A DNA stretch of 40,699 nt from Acidimicrobiia bacterium (GCA_013694495.1 JACDCH010000056.1:1-40699); one strand, 5' to 3'; positions 27,944-36,150 are shown, counted from the stretch's first letter. Notes: a model not told the origin generated them from the sequence alone. Translations and numbers: made by a program.

Positions 27944-27957
27944 GATGACGCCGGCGT
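27944..27957. promoter_or_regulatory. Perfect 14-nt palindrome just downstream of the double-TetR gene
   Basis: TGACGCCGGCGTCA. It is 13/14 identical to the palindrome at 29310-29323. Confidence 0.3.
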
Positions 27958-27985
27958 CAGCCCACGGCGGGCTCGCCCGGGAGCC

Positions 27986-29302
27986 TCACCGGTCGCGGCC
28001 GATGAAGCCGTGCTCGACGACGTGGACCGCGCCGTCGACCTCGACCGCCTCGCGGGGGAGCGACCCGAACGCCTCGACGACGGAGAGCAGCACGAGGGCT
28101 TCGACACCGGCGTCGCCAAAGGCGCGACCGGCGAGGAGGCGGGCCAGTCGGCGCCGCCCCCAGTCGCACACCGCGGCGCGGTCGCCCCGCATCGGGTCGT
28201 CGACGGCCTCGGCCCACACCCGGAGCATCGCCCCCTTGTCGGCGTGCACCGCGTTGTAGCGCCGCAGCCAGCGGCGGAGGGCTGCGCCGCCGCCCTCGCG
28301 CGGGACCTCGGCCAACGCGGTCGAGAGGGCCCCGAGGGCACGCGTCGCGATCACCTGCACGAACTGGTCCTTGTTCTCGAAGTAGCGGTAGAAGGCGCCG
28401 TGCGAGACACCGGCCGCGGCGGCGACGTCGTCGACCCTCGTGCCCCGGTAGCCCCGGCCGACGATCACCTCCTGGCCGACCTCGAGCAACGACGCGAGGG
28501 CCCGCCGATCGGCGCGGGCCGACTCGAGCTCGAGGCGCTGCGCCCGCTCGAAGACCGTGCGGAGGCCGTCGCCGATCCGAAGGGTGGGCATGGGCGCGTC
28601 GATGCGCGGCCGGGCGTTGACGTCGGGGCGAATCCCGAACAGCGAGCGGTGCAGGACGTCGGCCAGCCCGACCTCGACCCGCTCGTGCGAGTAGGCGTCG
28701 GGCGCGGCGTCGCGCAGCATCGATGCGATGTCGAGGCTGCGGACCACGCCACCGTGCAGCAGGGCGACGACCGGGCCGAGCTGACGGGGCGGCAGGGCGG
28801 TCGTGGTGAGCTTCGACTGGATCACCCCGAGGTTGCGCTGGCCGGCCCGCACCGATCCGCCGGCCAGCGCCGCGTCGCTCTGGGCGGCCGTGCCAAAGGC
28901 CCGGAAGACGGGCTCGTAGCGGGTGTGGATGGCGGCGTACCGGGCGACCCACGAGCGCAGCGCGTCCCAGCCCGCCGCCTCCGGGGTCAAGGGCTCGAGC
29001 GCCTCGGACGAGGCGCGCAGCTGCCGGGCGACTTGGCCGGCGAGGTGCCGGAACACGTCGTCCTTGCCGGAGAAGTACTGGTAGATCGACACTCGCGAGC
29101 AGCCGCCGACCTGGGCGATCTTGTCCAACGTCGTCCGCTCGTAGCCGTGCTCGCCGAAGACCTCCAGGGCCGAGTCGAGGATCCGCTGCTGCGTCCGGAG
29201 CCCACGGGTGCCGACCGTGGGGTTGTCGGAGTACGGCGCCCGCCGGGCGGGTGCCACGTCGGCGCCGCCATCGGGCCCGCTGAACGGAGGCGCAGCCATC
29301 AC
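27986..29302 (-). CDS. Double-domain TetR-family regulator (two tandem TetR units, Mce3R-like architecture)
   Basis: HTH 1: RTQQRILDSALEVFGEHGYERTTLDKIAQVGGCSRVSIYQYFSGKDDVF. HTH 2: LLEVGQEVIVGRGYRGTRVDDVAAAAGVSHGAFYRYFENKDQFV. Length 438 aa. Confidence 0.85.
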   Translation of the reverse strand: MMAAPPFSGPDGGADVAPARRAPYSDNPTVGTRGLRTQQRILDSALEVFGEHGYERTTLDKIAQVGGCSRVSIYQYFSGKDDVFRHLAGQVARQLRASSEALEPLTPEAAGWDALRSWVARYAAIHTRYEPVFRAFGTAAQSDAALAGGSVRAGQRNLGVIQSKLTTTALPPRQLGPVVALLHGGVVRSLDIASMLRDAAPDAYSHERVEVGLADVLHRSLFGIRPDVNARPRIDAPMPTLRIGDGLRTVFERAQRLELESARADRRALASLLEVGQEVIVGRGYRGTRVDDVAAAAGVSHGAFYRYFENKDQFVQVIATRALGALSTALAEVPREGGGAALRRWLRRYNAVHADKGAMLRVWAEAVDDPMRGDRAAVCDWGRRRLARLLAGRAFGDAGVEALVLLSVVEAFGSLPREAVEVDGAVHVVEHGFIGRDR

Positions 29303-29309
29303 CCGGCAG

Positions 29310-29323
29310 TGACGCCGACGTCA
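29310..29323. promoter_or_regulatory. Near-palindromic 14-mer in the 44-nt divergent promoter region of the double TetR; candidate operator
   Basis: TGACGCCGACGTCA, 8 nt upstream of the TetR start codon. Confidence 0.35.
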
Positions 29324-29346
29324 GACACCGTGGCGGCCATCACCCC

Positions 29347-30009
29347 ATGATCATGCCCCGGGGGCTCGTCGAGGGGGATCGCCTGATGGACAACGACGAC
29401 ATGGTGCTGGTGAGCGTCGACGACCACGTGGTCGAGCCGCCGCACCTCTTCGAGGGCCGGCTCCCGGCGAAGTACGTCGACCTGGCGCCGCAGTTCATCA
29501 CCCGCGCCGACGGCACGAACGCCTGGGTCTACGAGGGCACCGAGATCGGCAAGGTCGCGCTGAACGCGGTGGCCGGTCGTCCCAAGGAGGAGTACGGCAT
29601 GGAGCCGACGTCCTTCGCCGAGCTGCGCGCCGGTGGCTAGGAGAAGGTGCTGACCTGCTTCATCGACGACCGCTTCGGCGTCGCCAACCGGCAGTACCTC
29701 AACATGGACAACGTGATGTGGGAGTGCGACTACCCGCACTCCGACTCCACGTGGCCGTTCGCCCCCGAGCAGGTGGCCGAGCACTTCGTCGGCGTGCCCG
29801 ACGACGACGTCGACCGGATCACCCATCGCAACGCCATGACGCACTTCTCGTACGACCCCTTCACCGCCCTCGGCGGGCGCGAGAACTGCACGGTCGGGGC
29901 GCTCAGGGCGAACGCGGCCGGCCACGACGTGGCCATCCGCTCCACCAACGCCTCCAATGTCGGGGGCCACGCCACCAAGGCCGTCGCCCTCGCCATCCCC
30001 GGTCGCTGA
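29347..30009 (+). pseudogene. Amidohydrolase_2-family gene with about 180 central codons deleted and an in-frame stop at the junction
   Basis: N-terminal part DMVLVSVDDHVVEPPHLFEGRLPAKYVDLAPQF...LNAVAGRPKEEYGMEPTSFAELRAGG, then TAG at 29638-29640. This is followed immediately by FIDDRFGVANRQYLNMDNVMWECDYPHSDSTWPF...ITHRNAMTHF (C-terminal part). The metal-binding core is missing. Confidence 0.75.
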
Positions 30010-30141
30010 CGCCGGCCCCGCGAGATCGGCGAGGGCACCAACCAGATCCAGCACCTCGTGATCGGTCGCGCCCATGGTTGCTCGGCCGGCGGGCCGGCGG
30101 GCCGGTGGGCCGGTGGGTTCAGCGGGGCGGCGCCGGGGTAG
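30010..30141 (+). pseudogene. Orphan C-terminal tail of an acyl-CoA dehydrogenase
   Basis: REIGEGTNQIQHLVIGRA matches the invariant ACAD C-terminal iyEGTneIq.lvI.R block. It starts directly after the amidohydrolase stop. Confidence 0.4.
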
Positions 30142-30212
30142 GAGCCGCCCGCTTCCGCAGCCCAGTCCCGGGCGTCGGAATGCTCCCCCCTCACACGACA
30201 CCGGAGCCGAGC

Positions 30213-30422
30213 ATGCGCGTCGACGACCCGGGCCACGGCCGGCCCTTGCTGACCTACGACCAGGGTATGGCTCTCTCGCTGGTCGCCCGCCGCGGCCTGA
30301 CCTACCGGGAGGTCGCCGACCGGATGGGCCGTCCCCCGAGCGAGGTGCTGCGGCTGCTCCGCGGCGCGCTCGGCGGCCTGAAGGACCACCTGAGGTCGCC
30401 GAGCGGCTCCTCCGCGCCGTGA
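30213..30422 (+). pseudogene. Sigma-70 region-4 (ECF-type) HTH fragment, 69 codons
   Basis: LTYDQGMALSLVARRGLTYREVADRMGRPPSEVLRLLRGALGGLKDHL is a region 4.2 pattern. No region 2 is present. It could instead be a stand-alone small HTH protein. Confidence 0.45.
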
Positions 30423-30429
30423 CGCCCGT

Positions 30430-31257
30430 TCAGCTGGTGAGCTCCGGCATCACCTCGCGGGCGAACGCCTCGACCTGGTCTCGGCCTGCCCCGGGCCAGC
30501 CGCACACGAGGTAGCCGAAGCCGGCGTCGCGCCACTTGGCGGCGTGCTTCCTGGCGGTGTCGAGGTCGTCGAGCGACAGCGATCCGGCTCGCATGATGGC
30601 CGACGGCTCGCGCCCCGCTTCGGCCGCGAGCTCGTCGATGCGAGCGTTGGCCTCGCCGAGCGAGTTCGGCGTCCCGAACGCGTGCCACACGTCGGCGTAC
30701 CTCGCCACGAGCGGAAGCGTGCGACGGGGACCCGTTCCCCCGATCCACAGGGGCGGGCCGGGCTGTTGCACCGGCGGCGGTCGGAGCTGCGCGTCCTTCA
30801 GGGACACGACCCGGCCCTCGTAGGACACGACATCGCCCGTGAAGAGCCGCTGCACGATCTCGAGGGCGTCCTCGAGCAGGTCGAAGCGGCTCGACGTCGA
30901 TGGGAACGGGATGCCGAGCTCGCCGTGCTCCTTGTCGAACCACGCCGCGCCCAGCGAGAGCTCGAGGCGGCCGTGCGACGCGTGGTCGACCGTCACGGCC
31001 TGGGCTGCGAACACCGACGGATGCCGGTAGGTCACGCCCGTCACGAGCAGCCCGAGGCGGAGCCGCGTCGTGACCCCGGCCAGTGCGGCGAGGGTCGTCA
31101 TGCCCTCGAACGTCTCGCCGGGGCCGTCGCCGTACATCGGCTGGAAGTGGTCGAAGCCCCAGGCGCCATCGAACCCCAGCTCCTCGGCGAACTGGACGCG
31201 GCTCACGAGCTCGTCCCAGGGCATCCGTTGTTGCGCGAGATCCAGTCCGAAACGCAT
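30430..31257 (-). CDS. LLM-class (luciferase-like) F420-dependent oxidoreductase
   Basis: MRFGLDL....W.E......AEELGFDGAWGFDHF, TRLRLGLLVTGVTYRHP, LSLGAAWFDKEH and PPLWIGGTGPRRTLPLVARYADVW. Confidence 0.9.
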   Translation of the reverse strand: MRFGLDLAQQRMPWDELVSRVQFAEELGFDGAWGFDHFQPMYGDGPGETFEGMTTLAALAGVTTRLRLGLLVTGVTYRHPSVFAAQAVTVDHASHGRLELSLGAAWFDKEHGELGIPFPSTSSRFDLLEDALEIVQRLFTGDVVSYEGRVVSLKDAQLRPPPVQQPGPPLWIGGTGPRRTLPLVARYADVWHAFGTPNSLGEANARIDELAAEAGREPSAIMRAGSLSLDDLDTARKHAAKWRDAGFGYLVCGWPGAGRDQVEAFAREVMPELTS

Positions 31258-31306
31258 GCGCCCAACCTACGTCGGAGGGCTCCCGTGGCCGCCCGTACCA
31301 TCCACG

Positions 31307-31437
31307 GGTGCCGTCGTCACCGCGCGCGACCCGGAGCGCAGCGACTGCCTCTGGGTGAACCCGTCCGCGATGGACTTCCGGCTGGCGCGCGTGAAGGACT
31401 TCGCCCTCGTCGATGCCGACGGTGCGGTGGTCCAGCG
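31307..31437 (+). pseudogene. N-terminal fragment of a class II aldolase/adducin-family gene
   Basis: GAVVTARDPERSDCLWVNPSAMDFRLARVKDFALVDADGAVV matches the g.iS.R....d.fwvnP.g..f..l...Dl..vd.dG.vv block. Confidence 0.45.
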
Positions 31438-31530
31438 CCGGCATCGAGTCCTTCACGCCGATCCTCGACGTCACCGCCGAGGGCTGCGACCGCATGATCG
31501 CCGTCAACCTCACCGGCACGTTCGCGTCCG
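31438..31530 (+). pseudogene. Internal SDR fragment fused out of frame to the aldolase fragment
   Basis: AGIESFTPILDVTAEGCDRMIAVNLTGTFA is the NAGI....d.t.e.wdr.i.vNl.G.F block of classical SDRs. It has neither a Rossmann N-terminus nor a catalytic YxxxK. Confidence 0.45.
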
Positions 31531-31578
31531 GGGCCCGGCGAGGGGGCTTCGCCGAGCGGTCCGGACCCTGCTCTCAGC

Positions 31579-32973
31579 TCAGAGCTGCCACGCGTCCGGG
31601 ACCGCCACGCCGAGGGCGGCCGCGAGGTCCTGGGCGGGCCGTAGCGCCGACAGCGAGAACCAGGGGGCCTCCTCGAGCGCCCGGGCGAGCATCGTGGTCG
31701 CCTCGGCGTCGTCGCCGGAGGCGTGCAAGGCCGCCGCGGCGTGCACGAGGAACGTGGGGTCGACGGGGCCGAGGCGGATCGCGGCCCGAGCGTGGTCGGC
31801 GACGGCCGTCTGGTCGCCGGCGAGGGTCAGCGCCCACGCCAACGTGTCGTTGGCGAGGACGTTCTCGGGCCGGATCCCGTGGGCGATCCGGGCCAGGTCG
31901 GCGGCGCGCGCCGCGCCGGCGGCATCGGCAGCGCGGTCGGCCTCGAAGCGCGCTCTGTCGAGCTCCGTGAGGTGACCGACGGCCTCCTCGTCGGCGAAGT
32001 TGGCCCGGACCACTGCCTCGGAGCGTTCGGCCTCGGCGGTTCGACCCTGGAGGCGCAGCAGGTCGGCGAGCAGCGTCGCCGTCACTGCGCTGGGGCCGGA
32101 CTCGACGAGCGTCGCGGCTGCCTCCGTGGCGCCGGCGAGGTCGCCCCGGGCGACATCGACACGGATCGCGCCCAACGCCGCGGCGATGAGCCCGGGCGAT
32201 GCGGCTTCGGCCCGCGCGTACGCGCCCTCGGCGTCGTCGACCTGGCCGAGGCGCAGGTGGAGGTCGCCGACCAGGGCGGCGGTGACGGCGGTGCGGAAAC
32301 CGCTCGGTGCGCCGGCCGCCTCGGCCTGCTGCATGGCCTGGAGGGCGCCGGGGAGATCGCCGTGGAGCTCGCGCAGGTACGACGTGCGGGCCAGGGCGGG
32401 CAGCCCAGGGTCGAGATCGAGCATGCGCTGGAGGTCGGCGGCCGCCGCGTCGTAGAGGCCGAGCTCGACCTGGGCGTCGACGACGACGCCGAGCGCCTCG
32501 GCGCTGAACGGGTTGGCGGCCACGGCGACGCGCCCGTGCTCGAGGGCCTCGTCGAAGCGGTGCAGGGTGAGGGCGAGCGAAGCCCGCGCGTAGCGGGTGG
32601 CGAATGCCTCCGGCGCGAGCTGCTCGGCGGTGGCGATCGCGGCGTCGGCCCGGGCGAACAACGTGAGGTCCCCGGACTCGATGCCCTCGGTGACGGCCAC
32701 GACGCCGATGCGCTGCAGGGCATCCAGGTCGTCCGGACGAACCTCGAGGCGAGCCTCGAGCGCGGCCAGCTGGGCCGCGGGCGACGGGTTGACCGTGACG
32801 AACACGGTCTCGGTGGGGGGTGCGGGATCGAGGAACGCGAACCGGCCGACGAGCACGCCGATGACGGCGGTGAGGGCGACGGCCGGGACGAAGCGCCAGC
32901 GGGAGGCGGGCCGGACGGCCCGCCCCCCGTCGGCCCGACGGCCTTCGTGATCGGTGAAGGTGACGTCGGTCAT
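31579..32973 (-). CDS. Membrane-anchored tetratricopeptide-repeat protein
   Basis: There is one N-terminal TM helix (WRFVPAVALTAVIGVLVGRFAF), then about 400 aa of Ala/Leu-rich TPR-like helical repeats. The start is 7 nt after the DUF4331 stop. Confidence 0.85.
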   Translation of the reverse strand: MTDVTFTDHEGRRADGGRAVRPASRWRFVPAVALTAVIGVLVGRFAFLDPAPPTETVFVTVNPSPAAQLAALEARLEVRPDDLDALQRIGVVAVTEGIESGDLTLFARADAAIATAEQLAPEAFATRYARASLALTLHRFDEALEHGRVAVAANPFSAEALGVVVDAQVELGLYDAAAADLQRMLDLDPGLPALARTSYLRELHGDLPGALQAMQQAEAAGAPSGFRTAVTAALVGDLHLRLGQVDDAEGAYARAEAASPGLIAAALGAIRVDVARGDLAGATEAAATLVESGPSAVTATLLADLLRLQGRTAEAERSEAVVRANFADEEAVGHLTELDRARFEADRAADAAGAARAADLARIAHGIRPENVLANDTLAWALTLAGDQTAVADHARAAIRLGPVDPTFLVHAAAALHASGDDAEATTMLARALEEAPWFSLSALRPAQDLAAALGVAVPDAWQL

Positions 32974-32980
32974 CAGTGGG

Positions 32981-34900
32981 TCAGCTGTCGTAGCCCTCGT
33001 GCGGGTGCGCGAGGTACGGGAAGGTGGTGAGGAACGGCAGGTCGTTGCCGCTCACGCCGTCGCTGAGCTGGTTGTTCGGCGCCCGGTTGAACTCTGGGGT
33101 GAACGGCGTGGCGCCGGCGGCCGCCTGGAGGGCGATGTCGACGGTGTCGTCAATGAGACGGCGGCCGTTCGGCCACCCGTCGTTCTCGCCGGCGAGGAGG
33201 CCGAGGGGGTTCTGGGCGTTGGGGTCGGTCCCGGTCGGCGGGATCGAGGTGTTGAGCCGCAGCATCTCGGTCGCCTGGCCGTTCGGGAGCTGGTTGACCC
33301 CGGGGAGGCCCGTGAGGAAGATCCCCACGAGGTCGTTGCGGGGCGGCGGCGGCACCGTGATCCCCGGGTACAGGAGCTCGATGAGGCGGCCGAGCTCGGG
33401 GTCGGTGACGAGCGGCAGGAACGCGGCGTCGCCGGTCGTCTCGGATGCGTTGAACGCGTCCTTCAGGCCGAGGGGCACGACGACCTCGTTCACGAGGGGA
33501 CCCCCGAGTCGGGACACCTGCACCCAGTCGCCGCTGTTCATCGGCTGGCTGCTGTCGCCGTCGACGAACACGCGGGTGGCCCGACGGTACGTCGTCGAGT
33601 AGACGCCGATCACCGGGTTCTCGCCCGCGTCGGGCACGTTGAAGGCACGCTGCACGAAGGACGCCATCTGGGCCCGCGTGACGGGGTTGGTCGGGCAGTA
33701 CCGGCCGGTCGTGCAGCCCAGGGTGACGCGGGCGGCGGCGAGGGCGTTGATGTCCGCCTCCTGCAGGACGCCGTTGTCATCGCTGAACGCGTCGACGCTG
33801 CTCGCCGGGAGGTCCGCCGCGTTCACCAGGAACGTGGCCATCTGGGCCCGCGAGACGGGGTCGGTCGGGCAGTAGGCGCGGGGTCCGCACCCCTGCACGA
33901 TCCCGGCGGCGGCGATGGCGTTGATGTCGGCCTCGAACAGGTTGGTCTCGTCGTCGTCGAACGAGTCGACGGTAGTGGCCGGCAGGTCGAGGGCGTTGAC
34001 GAGGAACCGGGCCAGCTGGCCGCGGTTGATGTTGACGGCGGGGGAGTAGTTCCGCCCACCGGTGCCCATCGTGATGCCCGCCTTGGCGATGGCGTCGATC
34101 GCCTGCTCGTGCGTCGTGCCGTCGTCGTCATCGAAGTAGTCCGAGTCGGTCGTCAGCATGTCCGTCGGGACCTGCAGCGCGATCGTGTGGACGTTGTACC
34201 CGTTGGTGGCGTTCCGGCCCGGCTCGTTCGGGAGCGGGATGAGGTGCGCCTCGTTGAGCGGACGCAGGCCACCGAGGTCGAAGATCGACCCCAGGTCGAC
34301 CGGGAAGGCCTCGTCGCGCTGGCCTGCGAAGACCTCGACGCCGTTCGGCAGCGTCGTGATGGCAGCGTTCGCCAGGTCGGCGTAGTTCGGGGTCGAGCGG
34401 GGCCCGACGCGGTTCGGCGGGACGGGGATGCCCGTGCCGAGCTCCGTGCGGACGCCGTCGACGACCTGGGTCACCGAGTAGGTCTGGCGCAGGTTGAAGT
34501 CCGGATCCGTGAGCGACGTGATCGGGCCCGTGGCGTACAGGAACGTGTTCGGGTTCTGGATCGTCGTCGTGAAGCGGAACTCGTAGACGATGTCGTCCAC
34601 CGCGTCGCCGTCGTTCTCGATGTTGATCTCGTAGAGGACGTCCTCGCCGAAGTTGTAGAAGTTCGGCCCACCGGCGGGCTCCTCGAGCGGGATCCAGTTG
34701 GAGATGAGGGTGACTGTGTCGGGGTTGTCGGGGCTGACGAACGCGTAGACGTCGGTGTTGTCAGCAACCGGGTCCTCGGCGATCAGTGGGGCTTCTCGGT
34801 GGCTGGACGCCTCGACAGCGGCGAGGCTGCCGAGCGCGGTCGCGCCCGCCAGTCCTGCGGCTGCGAGGGCACGTCGGCGCCGACGGTTCGGTTCGGTCAT
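32981..34900 (-). CDS. Secreted DUF4331-family protein with an internal insertion of three SLH-like repeats
   Basis: AAAGGAAC SD plus ATG at 34900. Twin-arginine-like signal NRRRRRALAAAGLAG...AVEA. The mature N-terminus is SSHREAPL. DUF4331-type blocks are NTDVYAFVSP, LISNWIPLEEP, YEINIENDGD, NVHTIALQVP, GGPLVNEVVVP, GWPNGRRLIDDTVDI and FPYLAHPH. The insert spans aa ~252-424. Confidence 0.85.
   Translation of the reverse strand: MTEPNRRRRRALAAAGLAGATALGSLAAVEASSHREAPLIAEDPVADNTDVYAFVSPDNPDTVTLISNWIPLEEPAGGPNFYNFGEDVLYEINIENDGDAVDDIVYEFRFTTTIQNPNTFLYATGPITSLTDPDFNLRQTYSVTQVVDGVRTELGTGIPVPPNRVGPRSTPNYADLANAAITTLPNGVEVFAGQRDEAFPVDLGSIFDLGGLRPLNEAHLIPLPNEPGRNATNGYNVHTIALQVPTDMLTTDSDYFDDDDGTTHEQAIDAIAKAGITMGTGGRNYSPAVNINRGQLARFLVNALDLPATTVDSFDDDETNLFEADINAIAAAGIVQGCGPRAYCPTDPVSRAQMATFLVNAADLPASSVDAFSDDNGVLQEADINALAAARVTLGCTTGRYCPTNPVTRAQMASFVQRAFNVPDAGENPVIGVYSTTYRRATRVFVDGDSSQPMNSGDWVQVSRLGGPLVNEVVVPLGLKDAFNASETTGDAAFLPLVTDPELGRLIELLYPGITVPPPPRNDLVGIFLTGLPGVNQLPNGQATEMLRLNTSIPPTGTDPNAQNPLGLLAGENDGWPNGRRLIDDTVDIALQAAAGATPFTPEFNRAPNNQLSDGVSGNDLPFLTTFPYLAHPHEGYDS
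33635..34135 (-). repeat. Three tandem about 55-aa SLH-like coding repeats inside the DUF4331 gene
   Basis: FDDDDGTTHEQAIDAIAKAGITMGTGGRNYSPAVNINRGQLARFLVNALDLP / FDDDETNLFEADINAIAAAGIVQGCGPRAYCPTDPVSRAQMATFLVNAADLP / FSDDNGVLQEADINALAAARVTLGCTTGRYCPTNPVTRAQMASFVQRAFNVP. Confidence 0.75.
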
Positions 34901-34944
34901 TCGGGTTCCTTTCTGAGCGGCCCGGGACGTCCGGGTCGAGGGGG

Positions 34945-35823
34945 CTACAAGGCGGGTGAGAGCACGCCGATGACGACCCAGCGGTCGTCGATCGGTGCGA
35001 GTACGGCGCGCAGTGGAACGGTGCCGTCGATGGCGACGACGCGGGCCCACGTCGTGGCGTCGGGCCCGTAGGCGGACACGAAGCGGGCGGCGTCGACGGC
35101 GGGCAGGGCGGACGCCGTGGCGGAGGGCGCGACCGATGTCACGCCGCAGAGGTCGTCGGCCAGGCCGGTGGTGCCGACCAGGGTGCCGTGCTCGCGGACG
35201 CCGTCCGTGCAGTCCTGGCGGGCGGCGGCCCACTCGGCGGCGGCCGGGGCGACCCCCGAGTCGTCGAGGAGGCGGGGCTGGACGGTGGTGGCGCCGAAGT
35301 CCACGCGCCAACCGCCGTCCTCGGCCACGGCGGTCCACGTCGAGGTCGCCTCGGCCGGGACGAGACCGAGCACGCCGTCGAGGCCGGCGCGCAGGCGCAG
35401 CAGCACATCGACGGTCGGCCCGTCGCCGCCGGGCCGGAGCTCGAAGCCCACGACCGGCGGGATGGCCTCGTGGCCGGCCTGCCAGCGGGCCGGGGTGACG
35501 TAGGCAGCGCGGTCGCCGGCGGCGAGGAGGCCGAAGGAGGCCAGGAAGTCGCCCTCGGACTCGGCCTGGAGGAAGGCGGTGATGGCCGCGCGGGGGTCGG
35601 TGGCCGGCTCCCCGCCCGGGGGGATGTCGGCGGGGGGTGCCTCGGCGAGGGTGATCGGCGGCGCGTCGGCGTTGCTCGCGGCCTGCAGCGGGGTCGACCC
35701 GCCCCGGCCGAAGGCCACGTACGCGATCACCAGGCCGACCAGGAGCCCGGCGGCGAGGGTGCCGGCCTGCCGCACGGCCCCGGACCCGGCGCGGCGCGTC
35801 GGCGGCGTGATCTCCTCGGTCAT
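34945..35823 (-). CDS. Hypothetical N-terminally membrane-anchored extracytoplasmic protein (first gene of the DUF4331 operon)
   Basis: A short cytoplasmic N-terminus, then one TM helix (LAAGLLVGLVIAYVAF), a Pro/Ala linker and a ~200-aa domain with two Cys. High GC3. No family recognised. Confidence 0.6.
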   Translation of the reverse strand: MTEEITPPTRRAGSGAVRQAGTLAAGLLVGLVIAYVAFGRGGSTPLQAASNADAPPITLAEAPPADIPPGGEPATDPRAAITAFLQAESEGDFLASFGLLAAGDRAAYVTPARWQAGHEAIPPVVGFELRPGGDGPTVDVLLRLRAGLDGVLGLVPAEATSTWTAVAEDGGWRVDFGATTVQPRLLDDSGVAPAAAEWAAARQDCTDGVREHGTLVGTTGLADDLCGVTSVAPSATASALPAVDAARFVSAYGPDATTWARVVAIDGTVPLRAVLAPIDDRWVVIGVLSPAL

Positions 35824-35899
35824 CTCCGGCTCTACGGTGCCGACGATCGGAACGGATGCCCCGGGCGGCGCCGAACGTGCGTCGGACGGTCGGCATCAG

Positions 35900-36150
35900 G
35901 TCCTGAGCAGCCGGTCGAGGCGCTGGACCAGGCGGGGCCTCCACGCCCGGCCACCGGGCAGCCCTTCGAGGCCGGGGACTCCGAGCTGCGGGAGATCAAG
36001 GCGACGATCGAGCAGGCACGCGGCGGCCACGACGGCCCCATGCCCGGGCTGTTCGGCGCCGCCGTCGCCGTGCCCGGCGACGCGCCGCTCCTCGATCAGG
36101 TGCTCGGGATCACCGGTCGCGACCAGGACTGGACGCGCCCCAGCGGCTGA
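35900..36150 (+). pseudogene. Orphan high-GC3 coding fragment without a start codon, family unknown
   Basis: The frame reads ...EQPVEALDQAGPPRPATGQPFEAGDSELREIKATIEQARGGHDGPMPGLFGAAVAVPGDAPLLDQVLGITGRDQDWTRPSG then a stop. The only in-frame ATG/GTG after 35823 is at ~36039. Upstream of 35823 the frame is antisense to a real gene. Confidence 0.3.

Noticed and set aside
32981-35944. 987-aa minus-strand ORF as one giant protein.
   Set aside because: Only the last 639 codons (from the ATG at 34900, with an SD) are DUF4331-like. The upstream 348 codons are Arg-rich junk lying out of frame over the real 34945-35823 gene.
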